A DNA stretch of 61,958 nt, filler included, from Chiloscyllium plagiosum (GCF_004010195.1; 4 parts of one record of this genome joined end to end with filler, not necessarily neighbours in it), one strand, 5' to 3'; shown: positions 1-11,589, numbered from the whole stretch's first letter. The notes: generated by a model from the letters alone, not told the origin. Translations and numbers: made by a program.

Positions 1-288
1 TAAAAATACAGGGTAGACCATTTAGGACAGAGATGAGGAGAAACATCTTCACCCAGAGAGTGGTGGCTGTGTGGAATGCTCTGCCCCAGAGAACAGTGGA
101 GGCCCAGTCTCTGGATTCATTTAAGAAAGAGTTGGATAGAGCTCTCAAGGATAGTGGAATCAAGGGTTGGGGGAGATAAGGCAGGAACAGGATACTGATT
201 CAGGATGATCAGCCATGATCATATTGAATGGTGGTGCAGGCTCGAAGGGCAGAATGGCCTACTCCTGCACCTATTGTCTATTGTCTAT
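1..288 (+). mobile_element. CR1-clade LINE 3' end (ORF2 C-terminus, 3' UTR, microsatellite tail)
   Basis: Encodes FRTEMRRNIFTQRVVAVWNALP-type CR1 ORF2 end; finishes in (ctattgt)n tail. Confidence 0.85.
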
Positions 289-1574
289 TCAGTAATCTTG
301 TTGGGTAAATTATGTTTTGTTTTAAACTAAGTGGTTGACCAACTGCATCCCTCCTGTAATCTCAGTGTTACACCTGCTTAAAATGGCTAGCAAAATTAGG
401 GTCTGGGCTCCTTTCTTGAAATATTTTGAGGGGGTCCGGCTTGGTCCATACCACTTCTAAAACAGTGCTTCCCACCAGTGGCAAGCAGGTTTCAAAATTT
501 AGCCAAATTGGATTCAGAATTCAGTTGTACAATGTATCTAATCGAAGTACTGACTGATGATGTGAAAAGTTACAATTGGAGCAGTGCAACTGCTGCAATT
601 GCAGGCAGCACCTTGCTCCCCAAGGATCTGCTTAGCAACCAAGGACTCAGCAACCAAGACTGGATTGTTTCTGTATCTCTTTGCCCAGGCTAGTCTGAAT
701 GAGATACCCAGGCCACAGGCCTGCACTCGGAAAGCAGTCTGTTACTGCATCCACCAAAAGTGCAGGGCTTATCAACTTGGAATTGGATTCATCTTTCCAT
801 TTTCTTGTAACTGATCAGGGTCAGTGCAGCCACAGAGCAGGCCCTGCCTTGCAATGAGTCAATCTCGGAGGTCATTGAACTTGGTGTAAAATACATTTAC
901 TGGGCACACAACGCGGAACATTAACCAAAGTAATTCCAGTTCACGGCCTTCAGAGGGCAGCATTGTCTGTCAGGTAAAGCCATAGTTCACCACACAGATG
1001 TAATTTGAATTTTGGTTCATCATTTTTGTTGTTCTTTCGAAGTTCCGCATATTATAGTTTTGGGCTTTGTCCTCATAGGTTTTTTTGTCCCATTTTCAGT
1101 TAATAATTTCACACCATTCATTATGTGCTTTACTATTTCTCTGCTCTACAGTTAACCATGTCCTGTTTCTGACTGGATAGTTGCGGACTCGATCCAACTC
1201 TGGGGGTCTTTATGAATAGCGGGCGGGACCCCTGTTTAAAGATTTAGCCTGCAGATCTGATTTTTGCTTGTGAGGAGAAAGGATGTGTATGAATTTCACA
1301 GGAGAGAGGCACAAGCTCAATGGGGTCCCTTGTGGAGAACCCAGGCCCTCTGTAGAACAAGACAGTTCTGTCGAAAGTCAAGTCAACCTGCTCAAACACC
1401 AGCATAAATCTGCTTTATTTGACACTGTGGTCCTTAGGAGATTAATGAAATTCATATCTGAGCAGTAATATCAGGGTTAACAGTCTAGTGTTGAGGGAAT
1501 GCTAGGCGAAGCAATTATCTCGTGATATTAATGCTAGACAATGAATCCAGAGAATCTAGTAATGAAATAGGGAT

Positions 1575-1868
1575 GGACTGAGCTGTGTTCGCAACTTCTG
1601 TCATTTCTTGCGGTCTAAAGAAGAGCTGTTGCCAAAGTACACTGCAAAGCATCCAGATAGGATGCTTTCTATGGTGCATCTGTAAAAATTGGTAAGAGTC
1701 CATATGGAAATGTCGAATTTCATTAGTCTCCTGAGGAAGACATTGTTGTGCTTTCTTGAGCATTGCATCAACATGGATGGACTAGGTCAGATTGTTGGTG
1801 GCATTCTCCTGGTGACATAAACTTGACATTCTTGACCATCTCCACCTCAGCAACATTGATGAAGACTC
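1575..1868 (-). mobile_element. Rex1/Babar LINE RT C-terminal fragment (downstream half of split copy)
   Basis: Minus strand reads KKAQQ..RRLMKF..LTNFYRCTIESILSGC, typical of Rex1/Babar. Confidence 0.75.
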
Positions 1869-2361
1869 TGTCTTGGATCACAGAGTGTTACCAAGTGGCT
1901 CTTTTCAGATCCGGTTAAATGCCATTAAGACAAGACTTGGCAATGGCAAATTGTTTAACTATGAACATTTATTGAGTAAAGACGGAAAATGAAAGAAAAA
2001 TAAAAGACTGAACAATGAGCATTTGGGAAGTAATAAATGAAGATGTAAAATGAAGGAAAAGACAGCAATAAGCCTCATGCTCTCGGGCACGTCAGGTGTC
2101 TCTCCATCAACAGCTAGTCTGGAAGCTTAGGTTTGTCCCTGGTACCATTCACAATTCTGGTGTGAGGTGAAGTTCAACAATTTGGAACAAAACTCTCTCT
2201 TTTATACAATGCAACAAACAGCAAGGCACAGAAAACAGGACAGAAAAACAACTTTAATTATGTCGTCAGCAGCACGTACAGGGATGCTCACAGGACTCAT
2301 TTCAGGTCATGCAGCTGTCGAATATCATCAACAATGTTACCCCTTCAGCCCATTCTATACA
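1869..2361 (-). mobile_element. Probable solo LTR (493 bp) inserted in the Rex1/Babar copy
   Basis: TG...CA termini, flanked by gactc (1864-1868) and gcctc (2362-2366); minus-strand TATAAAAA near 2200 precedes AATAAA near 1970; Rex1 coding sequence resumes across it. Confidence 0.6.
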
Positions 2362-2790
2362 GCCTCCAGTCTCCTTCCTGAAGCCAGTGAGCAGCTCCTT
2401 CATTTTGCTGATACTGATGGAGAGATTGTTGTTTTTACACTGTGCCGCTAAGCACTTAATCTCTTTCCTGTATTCTGTATTGTTGTTGTTTGAGATCCGA
2501 CCTACAATGGTGGTGTCATCAGCAAACACTTAAATGGCATTGGGGCAGAATTTGGCCACACAGATGTAAGTGTACAAGGAGTACAGCGTGGGGCTGAGTG
2601 CGCAGCCTTGCGGGACACTGGTGTTGAGGATTGGAGTGGAGGTGGTGTTGTCGCCTGTTCTTCCTGTTCTTACTGATTGCAGTCTGTAGGTCAGGAAGTC
2701 GAGGATCCAGTTACAGAGTGGCGAGAGTCTCAGAGTATAGTGATGAGATTGTTTGAAATTACGATGTTGAAGTTGGCACTGTAATCAATT
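2362..2790 (-). mobile_element. Rex1/Babar LINE RT core fragment (upstream half of split copy)
   Basis: VPQGCALSPTLYSLYT..FADDTTIVGRISNN..EYRKEI..NNLSI..KMKEL; contains stops. Confidence 0.8.
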
Positions 2791-2989
2791 AGTAGGAACC
2801 TGACATAGGAATCCTTCTAAATCAGATGTTCCAGGGATGGGTGTTAGGCCAGGTTGATGTGGACTGGTTGCACCAGTAGATGAATTGTAAAGGATCAAGG
2901 CAAATGTTATGAGATGTGCAGAACATTCAGGGATGAGATGGTTATTGGCAGTAACTTTTCTGACAAACAAGTGCCAGGTAATGTTAAAC

Positions 2990-3110
2990 TGACAAAGGAG
3001 CAGTGCTCTAAAAGCTCGTACTTTCAAATTGACCTGTTAGACTAAAACTTGACGTCATGTGATTTTTAACTTTGTCCACCCCAGTCCAACACTAGCACCT
3101 CCACATCAAT
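2990..3110 (+). mobile_element. Decayed Penelope-type terminal repeat fragment (GAAAGCT family)
   Basis: Similar to copies at 4311-4393, 38555-38637 and 56630-56690. Confidence 0.55.
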
Positions 3111-3349
3111 CTTCAACAAGAGAGATTCTGACCATCTCACCTTCATATTCAATGACATTACCATTATTGAATAGCCAATAGTCTTTCTAGTCAATGATGA
3201 TGTTTCCTTTTGCTCTTTCCACAGTTGCTTCCGTCCACATGCTGAAAACCTAATACAATTCTCAATATTGATGAAACAACATCAACTTCAACCTGAAGGT
3301 AGTTAGTTCAAAAGCAGAACATGGTTTATTTGTCAGGCTAAGTTTCCTG

Positions 3350-3930
3350 CTTACCAATAAGAAAAGAGCAGGCTGAGGAATGATTTAAGAATGACATTTA
3401 GGACTATGAAGGGATTTAGCAGTGTGAATATAGAGGCAATGTTCCCATTTATGAGGGTGTCATAGATTGGACCACATGTATAACAAATCCAATAAGAATT
3501 TCAGGAAAAAAATTTGCTGATGCAATAATTGGTTATAATGTGGGCCTCATCATAACATGGAGCAGTTGAGGCAAACAGCATAGATACATATATGTGGAAG
3601 CTAGATAAAACCACATACTATAAGATGTAGATGTAGGCCATTCAGCCCATCAAGTTATCTCCACCATTTAATGAGATCATGACTGAACTGGTAATCCTTA
3701 GTCCCATTTTTCTACCATACCCCCATAACTCTTGAATCTCTTCCTGATTTAAAGTCTTTCTATCTCAGCTTGAAAATACTTAATGAACCTCTCCTCACAA
3801 CAAGATCTCTCCATACTCAGATTCCATCGAGTAAATATTCTGTGGGCTACTTTTAGTGTTAGTATATCTTTCCTTCAATAAAGGGACCAAAACTGTCCAT
3901 AATATTCCAGGTGTAGCTTGACAGTGTCTT
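3350..3930. mobile_element. Old CR1 3' fragments (plus then minus orientation)
   Basis: Degenerate RLRNDL..-like coding sequence, then reverse CR1 3' UTR (aggccattcagcccatc). Confidence 0.5.
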
Positions 3931-3994
3931 GTTTAACTTTGATGTGGAGGTGCTGCTGTTGGACTGGGATGGACCAAGCCCAGGTTATATTTCA

Positions 3995-4256
3995 GTAGGA
4001 CTTTATACATTCTCCCTATGTCTGCTTGGGTTTCCTCCGGGTGCTCTAATTTCCTCTCACAACCCAAAGATGTGCAGGTTATATGAATTTGTCATGCATA
4101 AAGTTGCCCATAGTGTTCAGGGATATGTAGGTCAGGTGCATTAGTTAGGGGTAAATGTTGAGTACTTTGGGAATAGGTCTGGGTGGGTTACTCTCTGGAA
4201 GGTCGGTGTAGAATTGTTGGGCCAAATGGCCTGTTTCCACACTGTAGGGATTCTAT
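3995..4256 (+). mobile_element. 5'-truncated HE1-like V-SINE
   Basis: gggtttcctccgggtgctc..aaagatgtgcaggtt core and ggcctgtttccacactgta tail shared with 18081-18376. Confidence 0.75.
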
Positions 4257-4490
4257 AAAAAAAAACTATTTAAAAAAAAATGCTTATTTGGAAGTACAAA
4301 CTTTTGGAGCATACCTTCATCAGGAGCAGCGCTCTGAAAGCTTGTACTTCCAAATAAATCTGGTGAACTATAACCTGGTGTTGTGTGATTTTTTCGAGGA
4401 GAAAGTGAGGTCTGCAGATGCTGGAGATCAAAGTTGAAACTTTATTGCTGGAACAGCACAGCAGGTCCGGCAGCATCCAGGGAACAGGAG

Positions 4491-4526
4491 ATTCGACGTT
4501 TCGGGCACAGGCCCTTCTTCAGGAAT
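4491..4526 (-). ncRNA. Minimal type I hammerhead ribozyme motif in Penelope pLTR (copy 1)
   Basis: AUUC-CUGAAGA-A-GGGC cugu GCCC-GAAAC-GUC-GAAU: core CUGANGA/GAAA, stems I and II, palindromic ACGU in place of helix III. Confidence 0.75.
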
Positions 4527-4776
4527 GAGCAGAGAGTGTTCAGCAGGAGAAGATAAAAGGTAGGGAGGAGGGACTTGGAGGAGGGGAGTTGGAAATGTGA
4601 TAGGTGGAAAGAGGTCAAGGTGAGGGTGATAGGTCGGAGTAGGATGGAGGCGGAGAGGTCAAGAAGAAGACTGCAGAAGACTGCAAGAAAGTGAGGTCTG
4701 CAGATGCTGGAGATCAAAGTTGAAACTTTATTGCTGGAACAGCACAGCAGGTCAGGCAGCATCCAGGGAACAGGAG

Positions 4777-4812
4777 ATTCGACGTTTCGGGCACAGGCCC
4801 TTCTTCAGGAAT
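4777..4812 (-). ncRNA. Minimal type I hammerhead ribozyme motif in Penelope pLTR (copy 2)
   Basis: Identical motif in the second tandem repeat. Confidence 0.75.
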
Positions 4813-4974
4813 GAGCAGAGAGTGTTCAGCAGGAGAAGATAAAAGGTAGGGAGGAGGGACTTGGAGGAGGGGCGGGGGAAATGTGATAGGTGGAAAGAGG
4901 CCAAGGTGAGGGTGATAGGGCGGAGTAGGATGGAGGCGGAGAGGTCAAGAAGAAGACTACAGGTCAGGAAGGCG

Positions 4975-5864
4975 AGGGAGTGGTCTCTACGGACAGCTGA
5001 TAGGGGAGGGGAGGGAAATATATTCTTGGTGCTGGGGTCTGTTTGGAGGTGGCGGAAGTGACGGCGGATGATGCGCTGTACATGGAGATTGGTGGGGTGG
5101 TAGGTGAGGACCAGTGGGGTTCTGTCCTGGTGGCGGTTGGAGGGGCGGGGCTCAAGGGCGGAGGAGCGGGAAGTGGAGGAGATGCGGTGGAGGGGACCGT
5201 CGACCACGTCGGGGGGGAAATTGCGGTCCTTGAAGAAGGAGGCCGTCTGTGTTGTGCGTATTTTGAACTGGTCCTCCTGGGAGCAGATGCGGCGGAGTCG
5301 AAGGAATTGGGAGAATGGGATGGCGTTTTTACAGGGGGCAGGATGGGAGGAGGTGTAGTCTAGGTAGCTGTGGGAGTCGGTTGGTTTGTAGTAGATGTCC
5401 GTGTTGATTCGGTCGCCTGAGATAGTAACAGAAAGGTCTAGGAAGGGGAGGGAGGAGTCCGGGACTGTCCAGGTGAATTTGAGGTCGGGGTGGAAGGTGT
5501 TGGTGTAGTGGATGAACTGTTCAACCTCCTCGTGGGAGCACGAGGTAGCGCCGATACAGTCATCAATGTAGCGAAGAAAAAGATGGGGGGTGGGGCCAGT
5601 GTAGTTGCGGAAGATGGATTGTTCCACATACCCTACGAAGAGGCAGGCATAGCTGGGGCCCATGCGGGTGCCCATGGCTACTCCTTTTGTTTGGAGAAAG
5701 TGGGAGGATTGGAAAGAAAAGTTGTTCAGGGTGAGGACCAGTTCGGTCAGTCGAAGGAGGGTGTCGGTGGAAGGGTACTGGGTGGTACGGCGGGAAAGGA
5801 AGAAGCGGAGTGCTTTGAGTCCTTCGTGATGGGGGATGGAGGTGTACAGGGACTGGATGTCCAT
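4975..5864 (-). pseudogene. Penelope-like reverse transcriptase, truncated open frame (GIY-YIG domain deleted)
   Basis: Part of ORF 4752..5864; coding similarity to the 61-kb copy stops at AVRRDHSL and jumps into the terminal repeat. Confidence 0.85.
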
Positions 5865-6199
5865 GGTGAAGATGAGGCATTAAAGATGTGATTTTTAACT
5901 TGTTTTGCTTTAGCTACACCTCCCTATTTTATACACTATTCCCTTTAAAACAAAGGCTTACAATTCATTTATCTTCTCTATTGCCTGTTGAACTTGATGC
6001 CAACTTTTCTGTGATTCATGCATAGGGATTCCTAAATCTCCCTGTGTTCCAGTTTTTTGCAGTCTCTCCCTATTTAAGTAATATTCAACTCTTCTAAGCT
6101 TCCTGCCAAGTGTATAATTTGATAATTTCCTACGTTATATTCCATTTGCCATTTTTCTGTCCATGAGATAAACCTGCGAAGAGGGAAAGAAAGAGAAGT

Positions 6200-8543
6200 G
6201 TTTATTGATGGGATTACTAGACTCATGCTGGATGGAGTGGATTATCTTAAAGATGTGTATGAAAGGCAGAGTTACAGAAATCATGGGGGATTTCAATATG
6301 CAGGTGGACTGGGAAAATCAGGTTGATAGTCGGTTGCAAGAAAAGGAATTTGTTCAATGTCTACAAGATGGCATTTTGGAGCAGCCTGCTGGTGGAGTCC
6401 ACTAGCGAACAAGCAATATAGGATTCAATGTTGTGCAATGAGACAGAATTGATAAGGGAGCTGAAGGTGAAGGAACCCTTACGAGCAGTGATCATAATAT
6501 GATTGAGTTTACTCTGCAATTTGAGAGGGAGAAGCTAGAACCAAGATAACTGTATTATAGCTGAATAAAGACAACTGCAAAGGCACAAGGGAGGAGCTGG
6601 GTAGAATTGATTGGGAGAGGAGCCTAGCAGGAAAGACAGTGGAACAACGACGGCAGGAGGTGTTGGGAGTAATTCAGGAGACACAACCGACATTCATCCT
6701 GAGGAAAAAGAAGCATGGTACAGGGAAGATGAGGCAACCATGGCTGACCAGGGAAGTCAGGGACAGCATAAACGCAAAAGAGAAAGCATATGATGTGACA
6801 AAGTGCTGGGGGAAACCAGAGGATTGGGAAGCTTACAAAGACCAACAGAGGCCAACAAAAAAAAGAAATAAGGAGGGAACAGATGAAATATGAGGGTAAG
6901 CTAGTCAGTAAAATGAAGGAGGACTGTAAGAGTTTCTTTAGATAGATATACAGGGTAAATGTGGATATTGGGTCACTGGAAAATGATCCTGGAGAGATAG
7001 TAGTGGGGAACAAAGAAATGGCTTAGGAACTGAATAATTACTTCACGTCAGTCTTCATTGTGGAAGACACAAGTAACATGCCAAAAATTCAAAAGAGTGA
7101 GGGCGCAGAGCTGAGTATGGTGGCTATCACTAAGGAGAAGGTGCTAGAAAAACTGAATGGCCTGAAAGTGGATAAATCACCTGGACCAGATGGATAACAT
7201 TCCAGAGTTCTAAGGGAAGAGATAGCAGAGGCTTTAATGATGATCTTTCAGGGAGGGTCTCAGAGGACTGGAAAATCGCTAACATGACACCCCGGTTTAA
7301 AAAGGGAATAAGGCCAAAGATGGAAAATTACAGACCAATCAACCTAACCTCAGTCGTGGGAGATCCTGGAATTCATTGTGAAGGATGAGATTTCTGAATG
7401 CTTCGAAGTGTATGATAAAATAGAGTAAAGTCAGCGTGGTTTCATCAAGGGAAGGTCATGCTTGACAAATCTAGAATTCTTCGAGGAAGTAACGAGGAGG
7501 TTCGACAAAGAAGAGCCAATGGATGTTATCTATCTAGACTTCAAGAAGGCCTTTGCACAGGTGACTACTGAGTAAGATAAGGGCCCATGGAATTAGAGGC
7601 AAGGTGCTAGCATAGATAGAAGCTTGGCTGTCTGGCAGAAAGGAGTGAGTGGGGATAAAAGGGTCCTTTTCAGGATGGCAGCTGGTGACAAGTGATGTTC
7701 CACATGGGTCAGTGTTAAGACCACAATTTTCATTTTGTACATTAATAATTTAGATGAAGAAGCTAAAGGTATTCTGGTTAGATGATACAAAAATAGGTAG
7801 AGGGAACAGGTAGCATTGAGGAGGCAGGGATGCTACAGAAGGATTTGGATAGGTGAGGAGAGTGGGCAAAGAAGTGGCAGATAGAGTACAACGTGGGAAA
7901 GTGTGAAGTTATGACTTGGATCGGAAGAATAGTGTCATGGACTATTTTCAGAACGGGGAGAAAATTTAGAAGTCTGAAGTGCAGAGACTTGGGAGTTCTA
8001 GTCCAGGATTCTTTCAAAGTAAACTTGCATGTTGAGTCAGTAGTTAGGATGACAAATGCAATGAAGGCATTTATTTTGAGACGGCTTCAGTATAGAAGCA
8101 AGGATGTACTTTGAGGCTCTATAAGGCTCTGGTCAGATCACATTTGGAGCATATTATGCAGTTTTAAGCCCTATATCGCAGGAAGGCTGTATTGGCTCAG
8201 AAGTGTATTCAGAGGAGATTCAGGACAATGAAAAGCTTAACATATAAGGAACATTTGTGGATTCTGGGTCTATACTCGATGGAGTTTAGAAAGATGAGAG
8301 GAGATCTAATTGAAACATACAGAATACTGAATGGCCTGTACAGAGTAGGTGTTGGGAAGATGTTTCCATTGGTTGGAGAGACGAGAATCCAAGGGCATAA
8401 CCTTAGAGTAAAGGGTAAAATCTTTTAGCATGGAGATAAGGAAAACCTTCTTCAGCCAGATAGTGGTGAATCTGTGAAATTCATTGCAATAGAAAGCTGT
8501 GGAGGCCAGGTTATGAGTATATTTAAGACTGAGATAGATAGGT
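6200..8543 (+). mobile_element. Degenerate CR1 LINE ORF2 (EN C-terminus to RT); 3' end resumes at about 11187-11300
   Basis: [55 protein letters not shown] with many stops and frameshifts. Confidence 0.9.
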
Positions 8544-11186
8544 TGCCATTTCTGTTTTCAGCAACAGGAAGAGTGGGGGCTTAGACCAGGGACCTGCTGG
8601 GAAAGGTGAGTCACTAACTTAAATCTTTAAAACCTTACCTCGAGTGTCGGAGCCCTCCTTTTCTGTTTTCAGCAACAGGAAGAGTGGGGGCTTAGACCAA
8701 AGGCCTGCTGGGAAAGGTGAGTCACTAACTTAAATCTTTTACATCTGATATCGGAGAGGAAAGGATTCTGTTAAAATGAGGGACTTTTTTTCCCCTCATC
8801 TAGATAGATGAGTATTTTCTAAACCTGAGACTCTACCCTTGTAAGGCCTCCCACCCATCCACCTCCTCTAACCTTAAACACAAGGGACACATCAGGTAAG
8901 CTTCACTTCTTTTTTACTTTCTGATAAGGAGACTAGTTGGGATGGCAGTGCAGAGAGAAGAATGTTCCTCCTGCATGATGTTTGAGGTGAGGGATGCCAT
9001 TAGTGTTCCATCTAAGTACGTCTGCAGGAAGTACACCCAACTCTTGCTCCTCCAAGACCGCATTAGGGAACTGGAACGGGAGCTGGGTGAACTTCAGATC
9101 ATTCAGGAGGCAGAGTCTGTGATAGATAAGAGTTACAAGGAAGTAGTTACTCCGAGGCATGAAGAAAGCTGGGTAACTGTTAGAAGGGGAAAAAACAGTT
9201 ACTGCAGGGATCTCCTGTGGTTGTTCCCCTGAAAAACAAGTATACCATTTTGGATACTGTTGGGGGAAGGAGTGGGGGTGGAAAGACTTATGAGGGGCAT
9301 GCATTGGGGTGCAAATCTCTGGAACACAGCCTGTCCCTGCTGCACAGAAAGGAAGGGGAGGAAGGAGGAGAGTGTTAGTAATTGGGGACTCAATAGTTAG
9401 AGGTCTGATAGAAGGTTTGTTTGGACCAAAATGTTTGGTGTGTTGCCTCCTAAGTGCCAGGGTCTGTGATGTCTCAGCTCATGTTTTTGGGGCCCTGAAG
9501 GGAGAGGATGATCAGTCCCAAGTCGTGGTCCATCAACAACATAGGTAGATAGAAGGATAAGGATGTAAGGCAAGATTTCAGGGAGTTAGGGTGGAAGCTG
9601 AGAGCTAGAATAAACAGAGTTGTTATCTCTGGTTTGTTATCCATGCCATGTGATAGCGAGATGAGGAACAGGGAGATATATCAGGTGAACACGTTGCTGT
9701 AGGGATGGTGCAGGAGGGAGGGTTTCAGGTAATTGGATAATTGGCGTTCATTCTGGGGAATGTGGGACCTCTACAAACAGGATTGCAAATTTTGTGCCCT
9801 TGTTCAAGAAGGGCAGTAGAGATGACCCTGGGAATTATAGACCAGTGAGTCTTACATCTGTTGTAGGAAAGTTTTGAAAAGATTATAAGAGATAGGATTT
9901 ATAATCATCTAGCAAGCAACAATTTGATTGGAGGTTGTCAACATGGTTTTGTCAAGGGCAGGTCGTGTCTCACAAACCTCATTGAATTTTTTGAGAAGGT
10001 GACCAAGCATGTAGATGAGGGTAGGGCAGTTGGCATGGTGTACATGGACTTCAGTAAAGCCTTTGATAAGGTTCCAAAAGGGTAGGCTTTTGGAGAAAAT
10101 GCAGAGGCATGGGATTGAGGGTGATTTAGCAGTTTGGATTAGAAACTGGCTTTCTGAAAGAAGGCAGCGAGTGATGGTTGATGGAAAATATTCAGCCTGG
10201 AGTCCGGTTACTAGTGGTGTGTCACAGGATCTGTTTTGGGACCAATGCTGTTTGTCTTTTTGATAAATGACTTGGACGCAGGAATAGATGGATGGGTTAG
10301 TAAATTTGCAGACGATACTAAAGTCGGAGGAGTGATGGACAGTGTGGAAGAATGTTGTAGGTTTCAAGGGGACTTGGATAAACTGCAGAATTGGGCTGAG
10401 AGGTGGCAAATGGAGTTCAATGCAGTTAAATGTGAGGTGATTCATGTTGGGAAGAATAACAGGGAGACAGAATACTGAATCAATGGAAAGAAGTTTTGGT
10501 CGTGTGGATGTGCAAAGGAATCTTGGTGTCCATGTACATTGATCTCTGAAATTTGCCACCCAGGTTGATAGTGCTGTTAAGAAGGCATACAGTGTGTTAG
10601 GTTTTATTGGTAGAGGGATTGAGTTCCGGAGCCGTAATGTGACACAGCAACTATACAAAATGCTAGTGCGGCCTCATTTGGAACATTGTGTACAGTTTTG
10701 GTTACCCCATTACAGGAAGGATGTGGAAGCTTTGGAAAAGTTGCAGAAGAGATTTACCAGAATGTTGCCTGGTCTGAACAGAAGGTCTTATAAGGAAAGG
10801 TTGAGGGACTTGGGTCTGTTTTCATTGGAGAGAAGAAGGCTAAGAGGGCATTTAATAGAGACATACAAGATGATCAGAGGATTAGATAGGGTGGACAATA
10901 AGAGTGTTTTTCCTAGGATGATAATGTCGGCTTGTATGAGGGGGCATAGCTGCAAATTGAGGTGTGATAGGTGTCAGAGGCAGGTTCTTTACCCAGAGAG
11001 TAGTATGGGCGTGGAATGCCCTACCTTCCAAAATAGCTAACTTAGCCACATTAGGGGCATTTAAAGAATCCTTGGATAAGCATATGGAAGATGTTGGGAC
11101 AGTGTAGGGTGATGGGCTTAGATTAGTTTACAGGTCAGCGAAACATCGAGGGCTGAAGGGCCTGTTCTGTGCTGTATTGTTTTATC
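8544..11186 (+). mobile_element. CR1 LINE with 5' UTR, ORF1 and RT but internally deleted endonuclease, nested in the older CR1
   Basis: Tandem 5' UTR repeats; ORF1 from 8942 (CSSC..CRK zinc finger, leucine zipper, IGDSIVRG esterase); RT from about 9781 (NYRPVSLTS, SKFADDTK); host CR1 continuous across the insertion. Confidence 0.9.
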
Positions 11187-11340
11187 TTCAGTATCAAAGA
11201 GATCAAGGGTTATGGGGAGAAAATGGGAGAATGGGATTGAGAAACCTGTGATTGAATGGCGGAACAGATTCAATGGGCTGAATAGCCTAATTTCTACACA
11301 GGAGTATAGAACTTAAAACTGGAGTATAGAAGAGTAAGAG

Positions 11341-11576
11341 AGAAAATGCTGGAAAATCTCAGCAGGTCTGGCAGCATCTGTAAGGAGAGAAAAGAGCTGA
11401 TGTTTCGAGTCTAACTGACCCTTTGTTAAAGGGTCAGTTAGACTCAGTAAGGGTCAGTAATATCGAAATGTCAGTTCTTTTCTCTCCTTACAGATGCTGC
11501 CAGACCTGCTGAGATTTTCCAGCATTTTCTTTTTTGGTTTCAGATTCCAGCATCCGCAGCAATTTGTTTTTTTTAA
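11341..11576. mobile_element. Fold-back Penelope-type terminal fragment with 13-bp TSD
   Basis: Inverted arms about 11341-11408 and 11465-11530; agaagagtaagag at 11328-11340 and 11577-11589. Confidence 0.75.
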
Positions 11577-11589
11577 AGAAGAGTAAGAG

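Larger units (their letters stand above)
4394..5886 (-). mobile_element. Young Penelope-like retroelement (partial RT, tandem pseudo-LTRs)
   Basis: RT motifs DIQSLYTSI, GVAMGTRMGP, FLRYIDD, LPFLD; two tandem ~286-bp terminal repeats (about 4400-4686, 4687-4970); tgtgattttt duplicated at 4384-4393 and 5887-5896; CpGs retained. Confidence 0.92.

Noticed and set aside
480..1450. Possible ERV 5' region on the minus strand (AATAAA near 1415, MGQK start at 1093) or env-like GEQGAAC peptide
   Set aside because: Frame closes after six codons, no convincing PBS or recognisable retroviral domain
4400..4970. Direct repeats as a CRISPR-like array or true LTRs
   Set aside because: Eukaryotic context; adjacent tandem copies without spacers are Penelope pseudo-LTRs
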